From an uncultured Candidatus Saccharibacteria bacterium (lineage in GTDB: Bacteria; Patescibacteriota; Minisyncoccia; Phycocordibacterales; XYD1-FULL-46-19), in contig CAZXCI010000004.1 in assembly GCA_964639285.1 (NCBI GenBank), positions 5,252 through 69,251 on the forward strand: a stretch of 64,000 nucleotides of DNA, in the 5' to 3' direction. Positions 18,592 through 26,811 of this stretch are shown piece by piece. The notes under the pieces were generated by a model. It was not told the origin of the DNA. It saw nothing but the letters and a program-made list of their open reading frames with translations, and ran no database searches. The position numbers and the translations under genes were made by a program. Within the stretch, counting starts at the first letter, position 1. Each line of letters begins with the position of its first letter.

Positions 18592-19806
18592 CTAGTTCAT
18601 TTTGCCACCGAAGTAATAGGTCACTCCGGCCGACACAATCCCCACATCAACTACGTTACGACCTGGCGCCAATATCCCGCAATCTGGTTCAGTCTCTCGA
18701 CTGATTTGACCGTAGAGCAGAGCGAGATCAATCCCCAAGTTGCCTTGGTGATTCTTCCAGCCAACGCCGACTGAACCGCAGTACCCCATACCATCAGGAA
18801 TGATCGGGACGGTCTTCGCTTTGGGCACTGATGGCCAGAGACCAGCCAGACCAAAACGCAGTTTCCAGTTCTCATTGATCGTCCTCTCAACACCAAGATG
18901 AAGGCTAGTATTGTTGCTCCAGTTCATCGTTTGCGTGATAGTGATCCAGTCAAAGTCAAACTTGATCTTGTCTAGCCCAGAGTAGTCATAGTGGTTGAAG
19001 TCGAGAGCAATGAGCCACTTGTCGGCTGGCTTGATAGCGACACCCAGACCCAGACGACCTGGAAAACCAATTGAGGTTTTTCCACGAAGTTCGCCCAGAC
19101 CTAAGCCAAGAACAGAGACATCGCTCTGGCAATCCATCTCCACCTTGCGTTTTGAGGCATAGCTGACGCCAAAGGCGAGCCAGTCATACGGTTCATAACG
19201 AAGGCCTAAGCGATACCCTAAACCCCAACCATCAGCTTTGTTTCTGAGAAAGACACCATCGATCGGAAAACCAAGTTGATCGAAGACGGCATTCTCAATC
19301 ATCTGACCGTAAACGACATCGAGGCCGATTCCGACAGACAGTTCGTCGCTAATCTGCCAGGCAATGGTTGGTGTGAAGTTAATCGAAGCGAGCAGGCTCT
19401 TTTGATACTTCAAGCCTTGGTACTCGACTCCGAGACCATCACTTGGGTACAGAGACAGACCCAGCGTCAGTTTGTCATCTAACTGATGAGTTAACGCAAA
19501 CATCGGCATCGGGAACAGTCCTAGCTCCGACTCGTGTTCAGTGTTGCTCCCAGATTCTCGAAAGTGAGCCTTGGTCACAATCGTGTCCAAGTCAAACTCC
19601 AAGAAGTCAGGAGCTTGGCTGATGTTGGCGACGTTGTGGTAAAAGGCGGCACCGTCACCAGAAACCGCGTTATGAGCACCACCCATACCGAGAGCCCGAG
19701 GACTCAGACTACCACCAGGACGGATGTTGCCACCCGCCCAAACGTTGTTAGACATAACCATGACCGACAGGGCCACGATTATGGCCAGTTTCCACCATTT
19801 TTTCAT
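18592..19806 (-). CDS. FadL/TodX-like outer-membrane beta-barrel transporter
   Basis: Signal peptide MKKWWKLAIIVALSVMVMSNNVWA; GMGGAHNAVSGDGAAFYHNVANIS matches the FadL N-terminal signature (G.GGA..A..D..A.f.NPA); alternating beta-strand pattern; GC-rich. Confidence 0.5.
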   Translation of the reverse strand: MKKWWKLAIIVALSVMVMSNNVWAGGNIRPGGSLSPRALGMGGAHNAVSGDGAAFYHNVANISQAPDFLEFDLDTIVTKAHFRESGSNTEHESELGLFPMPMFALTHQLDDKLTLGLSLYPSDGLGVEYQGLKYQKSLLASINFTPTIAWQISDELSVGIGLDVVYGQMIENAVFDQLGFPIDGVFLRNKADGWGLGYRLGLRYEPYDWLAFGVSYASKRKVEMDCQSDVSVLGLGLGELRGKTSIGFPGRLGLGVAIKPADKWLIALDFNHYDYSGLDKIKFDFDWITITQTMNWSNNTSLHLGVERTINENWKLRFGLAGLWPSVPKAKTVPIIPDGMGYCGSVGVGWKNHQGNLGIDLALLYGQISRETEPDCGILAPGRNVVDVGIVSAGVTYYFGGKMN

Positions 19807-19947
19807 GGCCGTTCTCCTTCTGCTAAGTTAATGTGAGTTTGTTGACAAAGGTTAGTATTCCTTTATCAGGATACCATTGATTGAGAGAATAGTCAAATTT
19901 TGTTTTTTTATAAAAAATTGAGAGGGTTGGATAGGGTCAGAAACATC

Positions 19948-19982
19948 AAAAAGTGTCACTTTTGTCACTTTTTGCTAGAATG
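19948..19982. repeat. 35-bp direct repeat copy 2
   Basis: Identical to 8015-8049. Followed after 2 bp by repeat B (19985-19998); lies between the divergent FadL-like and ECF sigma genes. Confidence 0.85.
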
Positions 19983-19984
19983 GG

Positions 19985-19998
19985 GGTGCTCGAGTTGC
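19985..19998. repeat. 14-bp direct repeat B copy 2
   Basis: ggtgctcgagttgc is identical to 8601-8614. The downstream ~30 bp is degenerately similar (TGATTAyAAAaATTA). Confidence 0.7.
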
Positions 19999-20110
19999 GT
20001 CGAGGTTGATTACAAAAATTAGCTTTGAAAAAAGTTCGAATTTCATCCAATAAACACAGCAAGAGTCAGCGCGTTATCGGCGCGACCAGAGAGCGTTATT
20101 TTTAGAATTT

Positions 20111-20695
20111 ATGAATAAGGAAGACACCATTCTTGTTCAGGAAGCCAAAGCTGATACAAGGCAATATGAGGCCTTGTATAAAAAATACGCAGACAAAGTG
20201 TTTAACTACTTCTGGTACCGTACTGGCCACGATAGAGATCTCTCAGAAGACTTGATGCAAGAGACATTTTTACGTGCTTTTCAAAATCTTTCTAAATTTA
20301 AAATCAGAGGGTATTCGTATCTCACTTATCTTCTCACCATTGCTCGCCATCTCCTCATTGATCATTATCGAAAACCAAACTCTCTTCCGATTGAAGATGC
20401 AGAAAATATTCCATATGAAATTACTGAGGATATTGATAGAAAATCTGATGCTGAAGCACTTTGGCATGCCATTCAAGACTTGCCATCTTCTAACAGGGAT
20501 GTTTTGCTCATGCGTTATCAGGACGAAAAATCAATCAAAGATATAGCAACAATTACTGAGTCAACAGAAAATGCTGTAAAACTCAACCTTTCTCGCACTC
20601 GTAAAAAACTAGCAGCCCACCCCCACCTCAAGGATATGGTTGGATTTGGTCAGAAGAAACGAACGTATACAAAACCACGATTTTTAAATAAATGA
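20111..20695 (+). CDS. RNA polymerase ECF-type sigma-70 factor
   Basis: Region 2 (LMQETFLRAFQNL...YLLTIARHLLIDHYRK) and region 4 HTH (IKDIATITESTENAVKLNLSRTRKKL). Confidence 0.7.
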   Translation: MNKEDTILVQEAKADTRQYEALYKKYADKVFNYFWYRTGHDRDLSEDLMQETFLRAFQNLSKFKIRGYSYLTYLLTIARHLLIDHYRKPNSLPIEDAENIPYEITEDIDRKSDAEALWHAIQDLPSSNRDVLLMRYQDEKSIKDIATITESTENAVKLNLSRTRKKLAAHPHLKDMVGFGQKKRTYTKPRFLNK

Positions 20696-20727
20696 CACCT
20701 TTTTGATGTCCTTTCGTTTATTAAAAC

Positions 20728-21069
20728 ATGAAAGACCGTCAAATTATCTACATAATCGGGGCTCTTTTGGTGGCAAGCCTCACTGCAAACATATACTTCT
20801 GGAATAAACCAAAAGAGTTTTCTGTTTCAGGATTAAATAAAGTTGCCACAACTTCTGAGGAGGTTTCTATTGACTCGCCCTACGGATTTCGAAGCGAGGC
20901 TGTAACTGTGTATGAGAATGGGAAAGCTAAGACGTATTCCACTACAACTCCTATTACAGAAAAAGATTTGGAGCAAATGCGAAAACAGACCGAAGCCCGG
21001 TTTAAGGCTATGGATGATTATTTCCGCGAACAAGAGAAATTCTTTAGGTCATTCTGGTACAGCTTCTGA
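20728..21069 (+). CDS. small membrane protein, possible anti-sigma factor
   Basis: Immediately downstream of the ECF sigma gene; single N-terminal TM; no zinc-binding anti-sigma motif seen. Confidence 0.3.
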   Translation: MKDRQIIYIIGALLVASLTANIYFWNKPKEFSVSGLNKVATTSEEVSIDSPYGFRSEAVTVYENGKAKTYSTTTPITEKDLEQMRKQTEARFKAMDDYFREQEKFFRSFWYSF

Positions 21070-21402
21070 TGACACCTTTTTCGGCAAGATACGTTAAATA
21101 GAGTGTAGACGGAGTGGTCGACCGTCGCTAAGCAGAAAATAATGCATGACTTTAGTGAAGCAAGTAATGAGAGGTGCTTGGCTAAAGAAATTCATTCGTT
21201 CGATTTCTGATGCCACTTAGCATCTCAAATACAATTGAATAGTGTTTAGATAAACTCGCAAAAGCGAGAATAAGAGAATTAAGATTCTCTAAAGCTAAGG
21301 GGAAACCTTGTAGGTATCTTTAGTTTGCGTGTAATGAAGTTCCAATTCCTTGTGTAAGGTCGAATGCAAGGGGACATTACTAGAAGTTAATCGCAAAGAA
21401 GT

Positions 21403-21903
21403 ATGAAAACAGAAATCCAAAAGAGAGATAACCAAAACCAAGCTCTATCAAGACGCGATGACTTCGCGAGCCCCTTCTCTCTCATTGATAGATTCTTCGA
21501 CGATTCGTGGGATCCGTTCAGCATCATGACGCCGAGTCTCTTCCGCAGTCGCGGGCTCGGTAATGTCTCCACGATGTTCCCACGGGTTGATGTTGAAGAA
21601 ACGGATAACGAGATCAAGGTCACGGCAAATGTACCGGGTATTGATCCAAAAGACATCAATGTAGAGGTTGGGGACGACTACATCTCTCTTTCCGGCAAGA
21701 TTGAGAAAGAAGATAAAGAAGAGAAAAAGGGTAAAGTGTATCGCTATGAGCGTGAGTACGGCGAATTCAGGCGAGAGTTTGCTCTCCCTGCTAGGGTAAA
21801 GAAGGACAACATTGTGGCGAAATCAAAAAATGGTGTCCTCACGATCACACTCCCGAAGTCGGAGGAAGAGATAAAGAAACGCGTCAAGATAGATGTTGAG
21901 TAA
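21403..21903 (+). CDS. Hsp20/alpha-crystallin small heat-shock protein
   Basis: ACD motifs (VDVEETDNEIKVTANVPGI...YGEFRREFALP...GVLTITLPK). Confidence 0.8.
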   Translation: MKTEIQKRDNQNQALSRRDDFASPFSLIDRFFDDSWDPFSIMTPSLFRSRGLGNVSTMFPRVDVEETDNEIKVTANVPGIDPKDINVEVGDDYISLSGKIEKEDKEEKKGKVYRYEREYGEFRREFALPARVKKDNIVAKSKNGVLTITLPKSEEEIKKRVKIDVE

Positions 21904-21907
21904 ACAT

Positions 21908-21932
21908 AAAACCGCCTCAAAGGCGGTTTTAT
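21908..21932 (+). terminator. rho-independent terminator
   Basis: AAACCGCCtcaaaGGCGGTTTTatgttt. Confidence 0.7.
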
Positions 21933-22331
21933 GTTTGTAATGAAATAATCTTATTTCTTAATATTATTTTGCTTTTAATTGATCCGAGGAATAACCTTTT
22001 CTCTTCAATTGACCCCTGAGTCAGAACATACACGACGGTGCAAGCCTGCCTCTGGCTGAAAAGGCACGTTGAGTTCAAACCCGAACACATCCCCGAACTG
22101 GAAGTAGCTCTAAGGGAACGCCTCAAGGAAAAACTTGTCGCCGTTGACGCCTAAGCCCCGCCCGCAAGGGACAGCAAGCACGCTGTCATTTTGCGAGGCG
22201 GGTTTGTTGTTTTCAATGAGTAAAAGATGGGCTAAAATAAAAGAAGTTGCTTTTTCCTTGCAACATTATGGTTCTAACTTCGTTTAAGAGACCCAGCCCA
22301 ATTTTTTAATTATCAATTAATTTTATATTTT

Positions 22332-22730
22332 ATGTTCATAAAACTTTATGCAATCGCACTTCCCGTATTCTTTGCTATCGACATGGTGTGGCTTGGGCTT
22401 GTTGCTAAAGGCTTCTACTCTAAGCAAATTGGCTCGCTTCTAAAGCCGGATGTGAATTGGCTGGCGGCGATACTTTTCTACCTTCTGTTTATCGTTGGTT
22501 TGGTCGTCTTTGTAATCACTCCAGCTATGGAGAAAGGTTCGTGGATCCACACCCTCTTATTCGGCGCATTGTTTGGTCTGGTTTGTTACGCGACCTATGA
22601 TCTTACCAACCTGGCTCTGGCTAAAGATTGGCCCCTTCTTGTGACGATTGTTGATTTGATTTGGGGTGCAGTGCTTGCGGCTTCGGTCTCTACCTTAACC
22701 TATCTTATCGCTAGTAAAATTGGCTTATAA
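22332..22730 (+). CDS. DUF2177-like small integral membrane protein
   Basis: Four predicted TM helices; N-terminal pattern resembles DUF2177. Confidence 0.4.
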   Translation: MFIKLYAIALPVFFAIDMVWLGLVAKGFYSKQIGSLLKPDVNWLAAILFYLLFIVGLVVFVITPAMEKGSWIHTLLFGALFGLVCYATYDLTNLALAKDWPLLVTIVDLIWGAVLAASVSTLTYLIASKIGL

Positions 22731-22739
22731 GAATAAAAT

Positions 22740-23084
22740 ATGCGCGTTTGGGACATACATCCAAAACATTTGTGTCGGAAACATTTGCTCGCTGAGCATC
22801 GTGAACTCCACGGACTTTGGAATATTTTGACTAAGCATAAGGGTAAAGGAGGGTACTCACGTCATCCAGAGACTCTACGCTGGGCTGGTAAACAAAAGGC
22901 GCTTTACTTACGTCACGAAGCCTTAGTTAAAGAATTTTTAAATAGGGGATACCGCCATCACACTCCCCTTGAGAAAAGGCTTGCTACCGGTTTGGGCAGT
23001 CAAAGAGTATTTATAAATACAGTAAGTGAGCAAAAAGTGATTTTGAAACAGAAGCCGTGCGAATGTCTTCTACATATGTCGTAA
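22740..23084 (+). CDS. pyrimidine dimer DNA glycosylase (T4 endonuclease V / Pyr_excise family)
   Basis: MRVWDIHPKHL...HLLAEHRELHGLW matches the MRLWSLHP...L.AEYREL N-terminus of the family. Confidence 0.6.
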   Translation: MRVWDIHPKHLCRKHLLAEHRELHGLWNILTKHKGKGGYSRHPETLRWAGKQKALYLRHEALVKEFLNRGYRHHTPLEKRLATGLGSQRVFINTVSEQKVILKQKPCECLLHMS

Positions 23085-23142
23085 ATCTTATATATTACTC
23101 ATGTTATTAAATGTGTTGAGAAGACTCTAAGAATAAAAATTT

Positions 23143-23469
23143 ATGCTAAAAGGGACAATCATTGAGAATAGTTTGGGGGACAAGGGGATTCTTGAACGAC
23201 TAAAAATTGAGAGAACTTATAACGATGAAGATTGGATTTTGCACGATGTTTTGGTTGCCGAAGAACAGGTTGCTGATTTAGCCAAGAGTTTGGCCAATGG
23301 CCCTTGGTATATCCATCTCTGGGAGCCAGGCAGAGATGAGGTCCGAATTATTTTCAAAGATAAAACTTTTCTTATTAATCATTCTGACAAGGCGACTTGG
23401 TCAGAGGCCATTGCTTATGGCGAATCTCTCGGGATTCCTAAAGAGCAATTAGATTTTGTGATAAAATGA
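23143..23469 (+). CDS. hypothetical protein
   Basis: 108-aa ORF; no motif recognised. Confidence 0.35.
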   Translation: MLKGTIIENSLGDKGILERLKIERTYNDEDWILHDVLVAEEQVADLAKSLANGPWYIHLWEPGRDEVRIIFKDKTFLINHSDKATWSEAIAYGESLGIPKEQLDFVIK

Positions 23470-23604
23470 TAAAGTATTAGGGAGTAGGAGGTCGGTCCTT
23501 CTTTAGGGGGTTGGATGTGTTGTAATTTTGTCATTATTATTAATGAATCTGGGTGCGTCTAATTTCTTGCTATTTGACCAAAAAGAGCATATAATTTGTA
23601 ATAT

Positions 23605-24129
23605 ATGAAAAACTTTAATCAGGGCAGGGGCCAGTTCGGGGGTAATCGTGGTGGCGGTTCGAGATTTGGTGGTGGTGACCGACGCTCTGGTGGTGATCGT
23701 GGCTCTGTGACCATGCACGACGCTATTTGTAGTAAGTGTGGTAAAGATTGCGAAGTTCCTTTTCGCCCAACTGGTGATAAACCCATTTATTGCAATGACT
23801 GCTTCAGTGAGAATCGTGATCGTGGTGGCGATCGGGGCCGTTCTTCGAGAAGGGATTTTGGTTCTCGTCTTCCGATGAGACCAAGTTTTGGTGACAGTCG
23901 TGGCGGGGGATCAAGCGATGAGGTTAAGAAACAACTAGAATTTCTAGGTCTTAAGATTGACCGTTTGACCAAGGTGATAGAAAGTTTTGCTTCGGCTCAT
24001 GTCCACGCGACGCCCGAGAAATCTGCTCAAGTGAAGAAGGCCATTAAGGAGGCAACCAAAGAAGTGGTGGAGAAGGTTGCCAAGAAGAAAGTTGTTAAGA
24101 AAAAAGTTGCTAAGAAATCTAAGGCTTAA
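23605..24129 (+). CDS. Gly/Arg-rich zinc-ribbon protein with Lys-rich histone H1-like tail
   Basis: CSKCGKDCEVPFRP...PIYCNDCF (CxxC...CxxC), flanked by RGG/GGDRG repeats; C-terminal KKKVVKKKVAKKSKA; TTGCTA-N17-TATAAT promoter upstream. Confidence 0.5.
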   Translation: MKNFNQGRGQFGGNRGGGSRFGGGDRRSGGDRGSVTMHDAICSKCGKDCEVPFRPTGDKPIYCNDCFSENRDRGGDRGRSSRRDFGSRLPMRPSFGDSRGGGSSDEVKKQLEFLGLKIDRLTKVIESFASAHVHATPEKSAQVKKAIKEATKEVVEKVAKKKVVKKKVAKKSKA

Positions 24130-24145
24130 TTAGCTAAAAATTAAA

Positions 24146-25273
24146 ATGCGACAAAAGCTTCGCCGGGTCAGTAAAACAAAAATTGTTGGGGGGATGGCGA
24201 TTCTTTTGGTTTTGGCTGTTGGTTATATTTATTTGGGCGAATTGTTTCCCGAACAATATACGCAAGCTGGACTTGTCGCTGTAGGTTTGGCTAACAGCAC
24301 AACGACGATTCCGGTTTATGCGGCCCCTGTCTTTGACTTCGTCGATTATGACCGGAGGATGAATCTTTTGGCTAATTATCCAATTACTCCTCTGGCCTCT
24401 AGCTCGGAGGGAATTTCGACGACAGACGCTACCTCTACTCCTGTTGAGAAGAATCCATGGCCGACTAAAGCTCCTTATCCTAGGGTTGGGGCAATCTTAC
24501 CGTTCAAACGGGTTGTTGCTTATTATGGCAATCTCTATTCTAAGGGTATGGGGATTCTTGGCGAGTATCCTCCCGAAGAGGTTCTCCGTCGGCTTGATGT
24601 GGAGGTGGAGAGGTGGGAGCTTGCTGACCCTGAGACGCCTGTTCAGCCGGCTTTACACTATATTGTGGCGACGGCTCAAGAGAGCAAGGGGGTTGACGGC
24701 AAATATCGCTTTCGTATGCCAGCAACAGAGATCGACAAAGTTCTGGCCATGGCTAAGAAGAGAGACGCCCTTGTCTTCTTGGATATTCAAGTTGGGTTGA
24801 GTAATTTGCAATCAGAGATTCCCGTTTTGGAAGAGTATCTTAAGTTGCCCAACGTTCACTTGGGAGTTGACCCTGAATTTTCGATGAAGGCTGGTGATCG
24901 GCCGGGGACAGTGATCGGCACCTTTGATGCGGTGGATATTAATTATGCGACAGATTATTTGGCTAATTTAGTTAAAGAAAATAACTTGCCACCCAAAATT
25001 TTGATAATTCATCGCTTCACTCGTCCAATGCTTACCAATTATCGATCGATCAAACTTTTACCCGAAGTTCAGGTTGTTGTCGACATGGACGGTTGGGGTG
25101 CGCCGGCCAAGAAAATCGACACCTATCAAGGTTTCGTTGCCGGGGAGCCGGTGCAGTTTACTGGTTTCAAATTGTTTTACAAAAATGATCTTAAGCAAAC
25201 ACCAAATCGTCTCATGACTCCAGCCGAATTGCTTGAACTTCAGCCTCGTCCGATCTATATTCAGTATCAATAG
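24146..25273 (+). CDS. hypothetical membrane-anchored secreted protein
   Basis: N-terminal TM (IVGGMAILLVLAVGYIYL); 375 aa. Confidence 0.4.
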   Translation: MRQKLRRVSKTKIVGGMAILLVLAVGYIYLGELFPEQYTQAGLVAVGLANSTTTIPVYAAPVFDFVDYDRRMNLLANYPITPLASSSEGISTTDATSTPVEKNPWPTKAPYPRVGAILPFKRVVAYYGNLYSKGMGILGEYPPEEVLRRLDVEVERWELADPETPVQPALHYIVATAQESKGVDGKYRFRMPATEIDKVLAMAKKRDALVFLDIQVGLSNLQSEIPVLEEYLKLPNVHLGVDPEFSMKAGDRPGTVIGTFDAVDINYATDYLANLVKENNLPPKILIIHRFTRPMLTNYRSIKLLPEVQVVVDMDGWGAPAKKIDTYQGFVAGEPVQFTGFKLFYKNDLKQTPNRLMTPAELLELQPRPIYIQYQ

Positions 25274-25312
25274 GAAAAAGGAATTCTTTTTAATTCGTGG
25301 TAAAATAACTAC

Positions 25313-26212
25313 ATGACAAGAATTACCATTATCGGGGCTGGGGAGCTAGGCCAAGCCTTAGGAAAGATCTTGACACGAGAGGATCGCCATCTTGTCTATT
25401 GGGATTGTGATGAGTCCAAACTAATTAACCTCAATCAAAACAGTATTTCTCTACCTGAGGCTCTGGACGAGCCTGAGTTTATTTTTCTTTGCATCCCATC
25501 TTGGCGGGTTAAAGAATTTCTTGCTTTTGCTCGACCTTATTGGCCGAGGCAAGCGATTATCGTTTTCTTGTCTAAAGGGCTCGATAGCCAGACGGGCAAA
25601 TTGTCTTTTGAGATTGGTAGTAAGTTATTACCGCTTGGAGTTGTTTGGGTCGTGGTGAGTGGGGCGATGATCGCCGAAGAGATTTGGGCTGGTCGAGCAG
25701 GGGCTTGCCTCGTGTCTGCCAAGACCGGGGTGGCGGCAGAAAAAGTGATAAATCTTTTCCACGGGACAAATATCCTTGCTCTATACTCAGCTGACTATAA
25801 GGGGGTTGTCTGGTCTGGTGTCTTAAAAAATATTTATGCACTTGGCCTTGGTATTGCCGAAGGAGCGGATTGGACTATGAATGAGCGAGGGATTCTCTTT
25901 GCCCAATCGACGGAAGAGATTCTCCGTTTGATTAAAATTCTTGGAGGCAAGAGAGAGACCTTCCTTGCCTCACCGACCTTAGCCGATTTTGTCTCCACCA
26001 GTTTTGACAAACATTCTCTTAATCACCAAGCTGGAGTTGAGATTGGCCGAACCGGTCAGACTGATAAGGAGAGCGAGGGCTTAATGTCTCTGGCTCCACT
26101 TCTTGATCGCTTGGGTCGCAAGGCTGAAGCTTTTCCACTTCTTAATAACTTGGCCAAAATAATTATCGGCCACGAAGCTCCTCAAAAAAGTTTTTGGGAA
26201 GTGGTTAAGTAA
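25313..26212 (+). CDS. gpsA: NAD(P)H-dependent glycerol-3-phosphate dehydrogenase-like protein
   Basis: ITIIGAGELGQALG; SKGLDSQTGKL; VSGAMIAEEI; SGVLKNIYALGLG; the layout parallels GpsA motifs. Confidence 0.55.
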   Translation: MTRITIIGAGELGQALGKILTREDRHLVYWDCDESKLINLNQNSISLPEALDEPEFIFLCIPSWRVKEFLAFARPYWPRQAIIVFLSKGLDSQTGKLSFEIGSKLLPLGVVWVVVSGAMIAEEIWAGRAGACLVSAKTGVAAEKVINLFHGTNILALYSADYKGVVWSGVLKNIYALGLGIAEGADWTMNERGILFAQSTEEILRLIKILGGKRETFLASPTLADFVSTSFDKHSLNHQAGVEIGRTGQTDKESEGLMSLAPLLDRLGRKAEAFPLLNNLAKIIIGHEAPQKSFWEVVK

Positions 26213-26657
26213 ACAAACTCTCCACCACCTCTTTGATCAGGTTGCCATCGGCAGAACCTTTGGTTTCGCGCGAGATAGCGCCGATAAGTATCCCCATTTT
26301 AGTTTTGTCGAAAACACCGAGCTCCGCTTTTTTGGTTTCAGCAATTTTCATAATATCTTCACGAGACATCTGAGCGGGAAGAAAACTCTCGACGATAGCC
26401 AGTTCACGCTTCTCGGCCTCGGCTTTTTCTGGTCGATTGCCGATAGTGAATTGTTCAATTGATTCTTTTCTTTGTTTGGCGAGACGCTTAAGAACAGTAA
26501 TGGCCCCATCATCATCAATGAGTTCATCGGGTTTCTTGCCCTTAGTCATGACTTCATTGGTGAAGGCGGTCACAATATTGCGGAGGGCACTTAAGCGTTC
26601 AGTTTCTTTAGCTAGCATCGCTTTTTTAATTTCATCTCTGATTTGTTGGTGTAACAT
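26205..26657 (-). CDS. GatB/YqeY domain protein
   Basis: MLHQQIRDEIKKAMLAKETERLSALRNI... is typical of YqeY. Confidence 0.65.
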   Translation of the reverse strand: MLHQQIRDEIKKAMLAKETERLSALRNIVTAFTNEVMTKGKKPDELIDDDGAITVLKRLAKQRKESIEQFTIGNRPEKAEAEKRELAIVESFLPAQMSREDIMKIAETKKAELGVFDKTKMGILIGAISRETKGSADGNLIKEVVESLFT

Positions 26658-26811
26658 TTTATTATTTAGAATTAAATTTTAGTAATTAATAAGATAATAA
26701 CATTTTTTATCGTTTTTAAAAGTAGATCTCACTTGACTAGAAAAGATTTGTAGGCCGATCCACCTTTAAATTGCAGGCCTAAAGGCAGAAAAGTCAAAAA
26801 GTGTTATACTT

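Noticed and set aside
21960-22250. tmRNA or SRP RNA identity for the GC-rich intergenic RNA candidate
   Set aside because: No tRNA-like 3' end (GGUUCGAUUCC…CCA), tag reading frame or SRP domain IV motif recognisable; left as an unclassified candidate.
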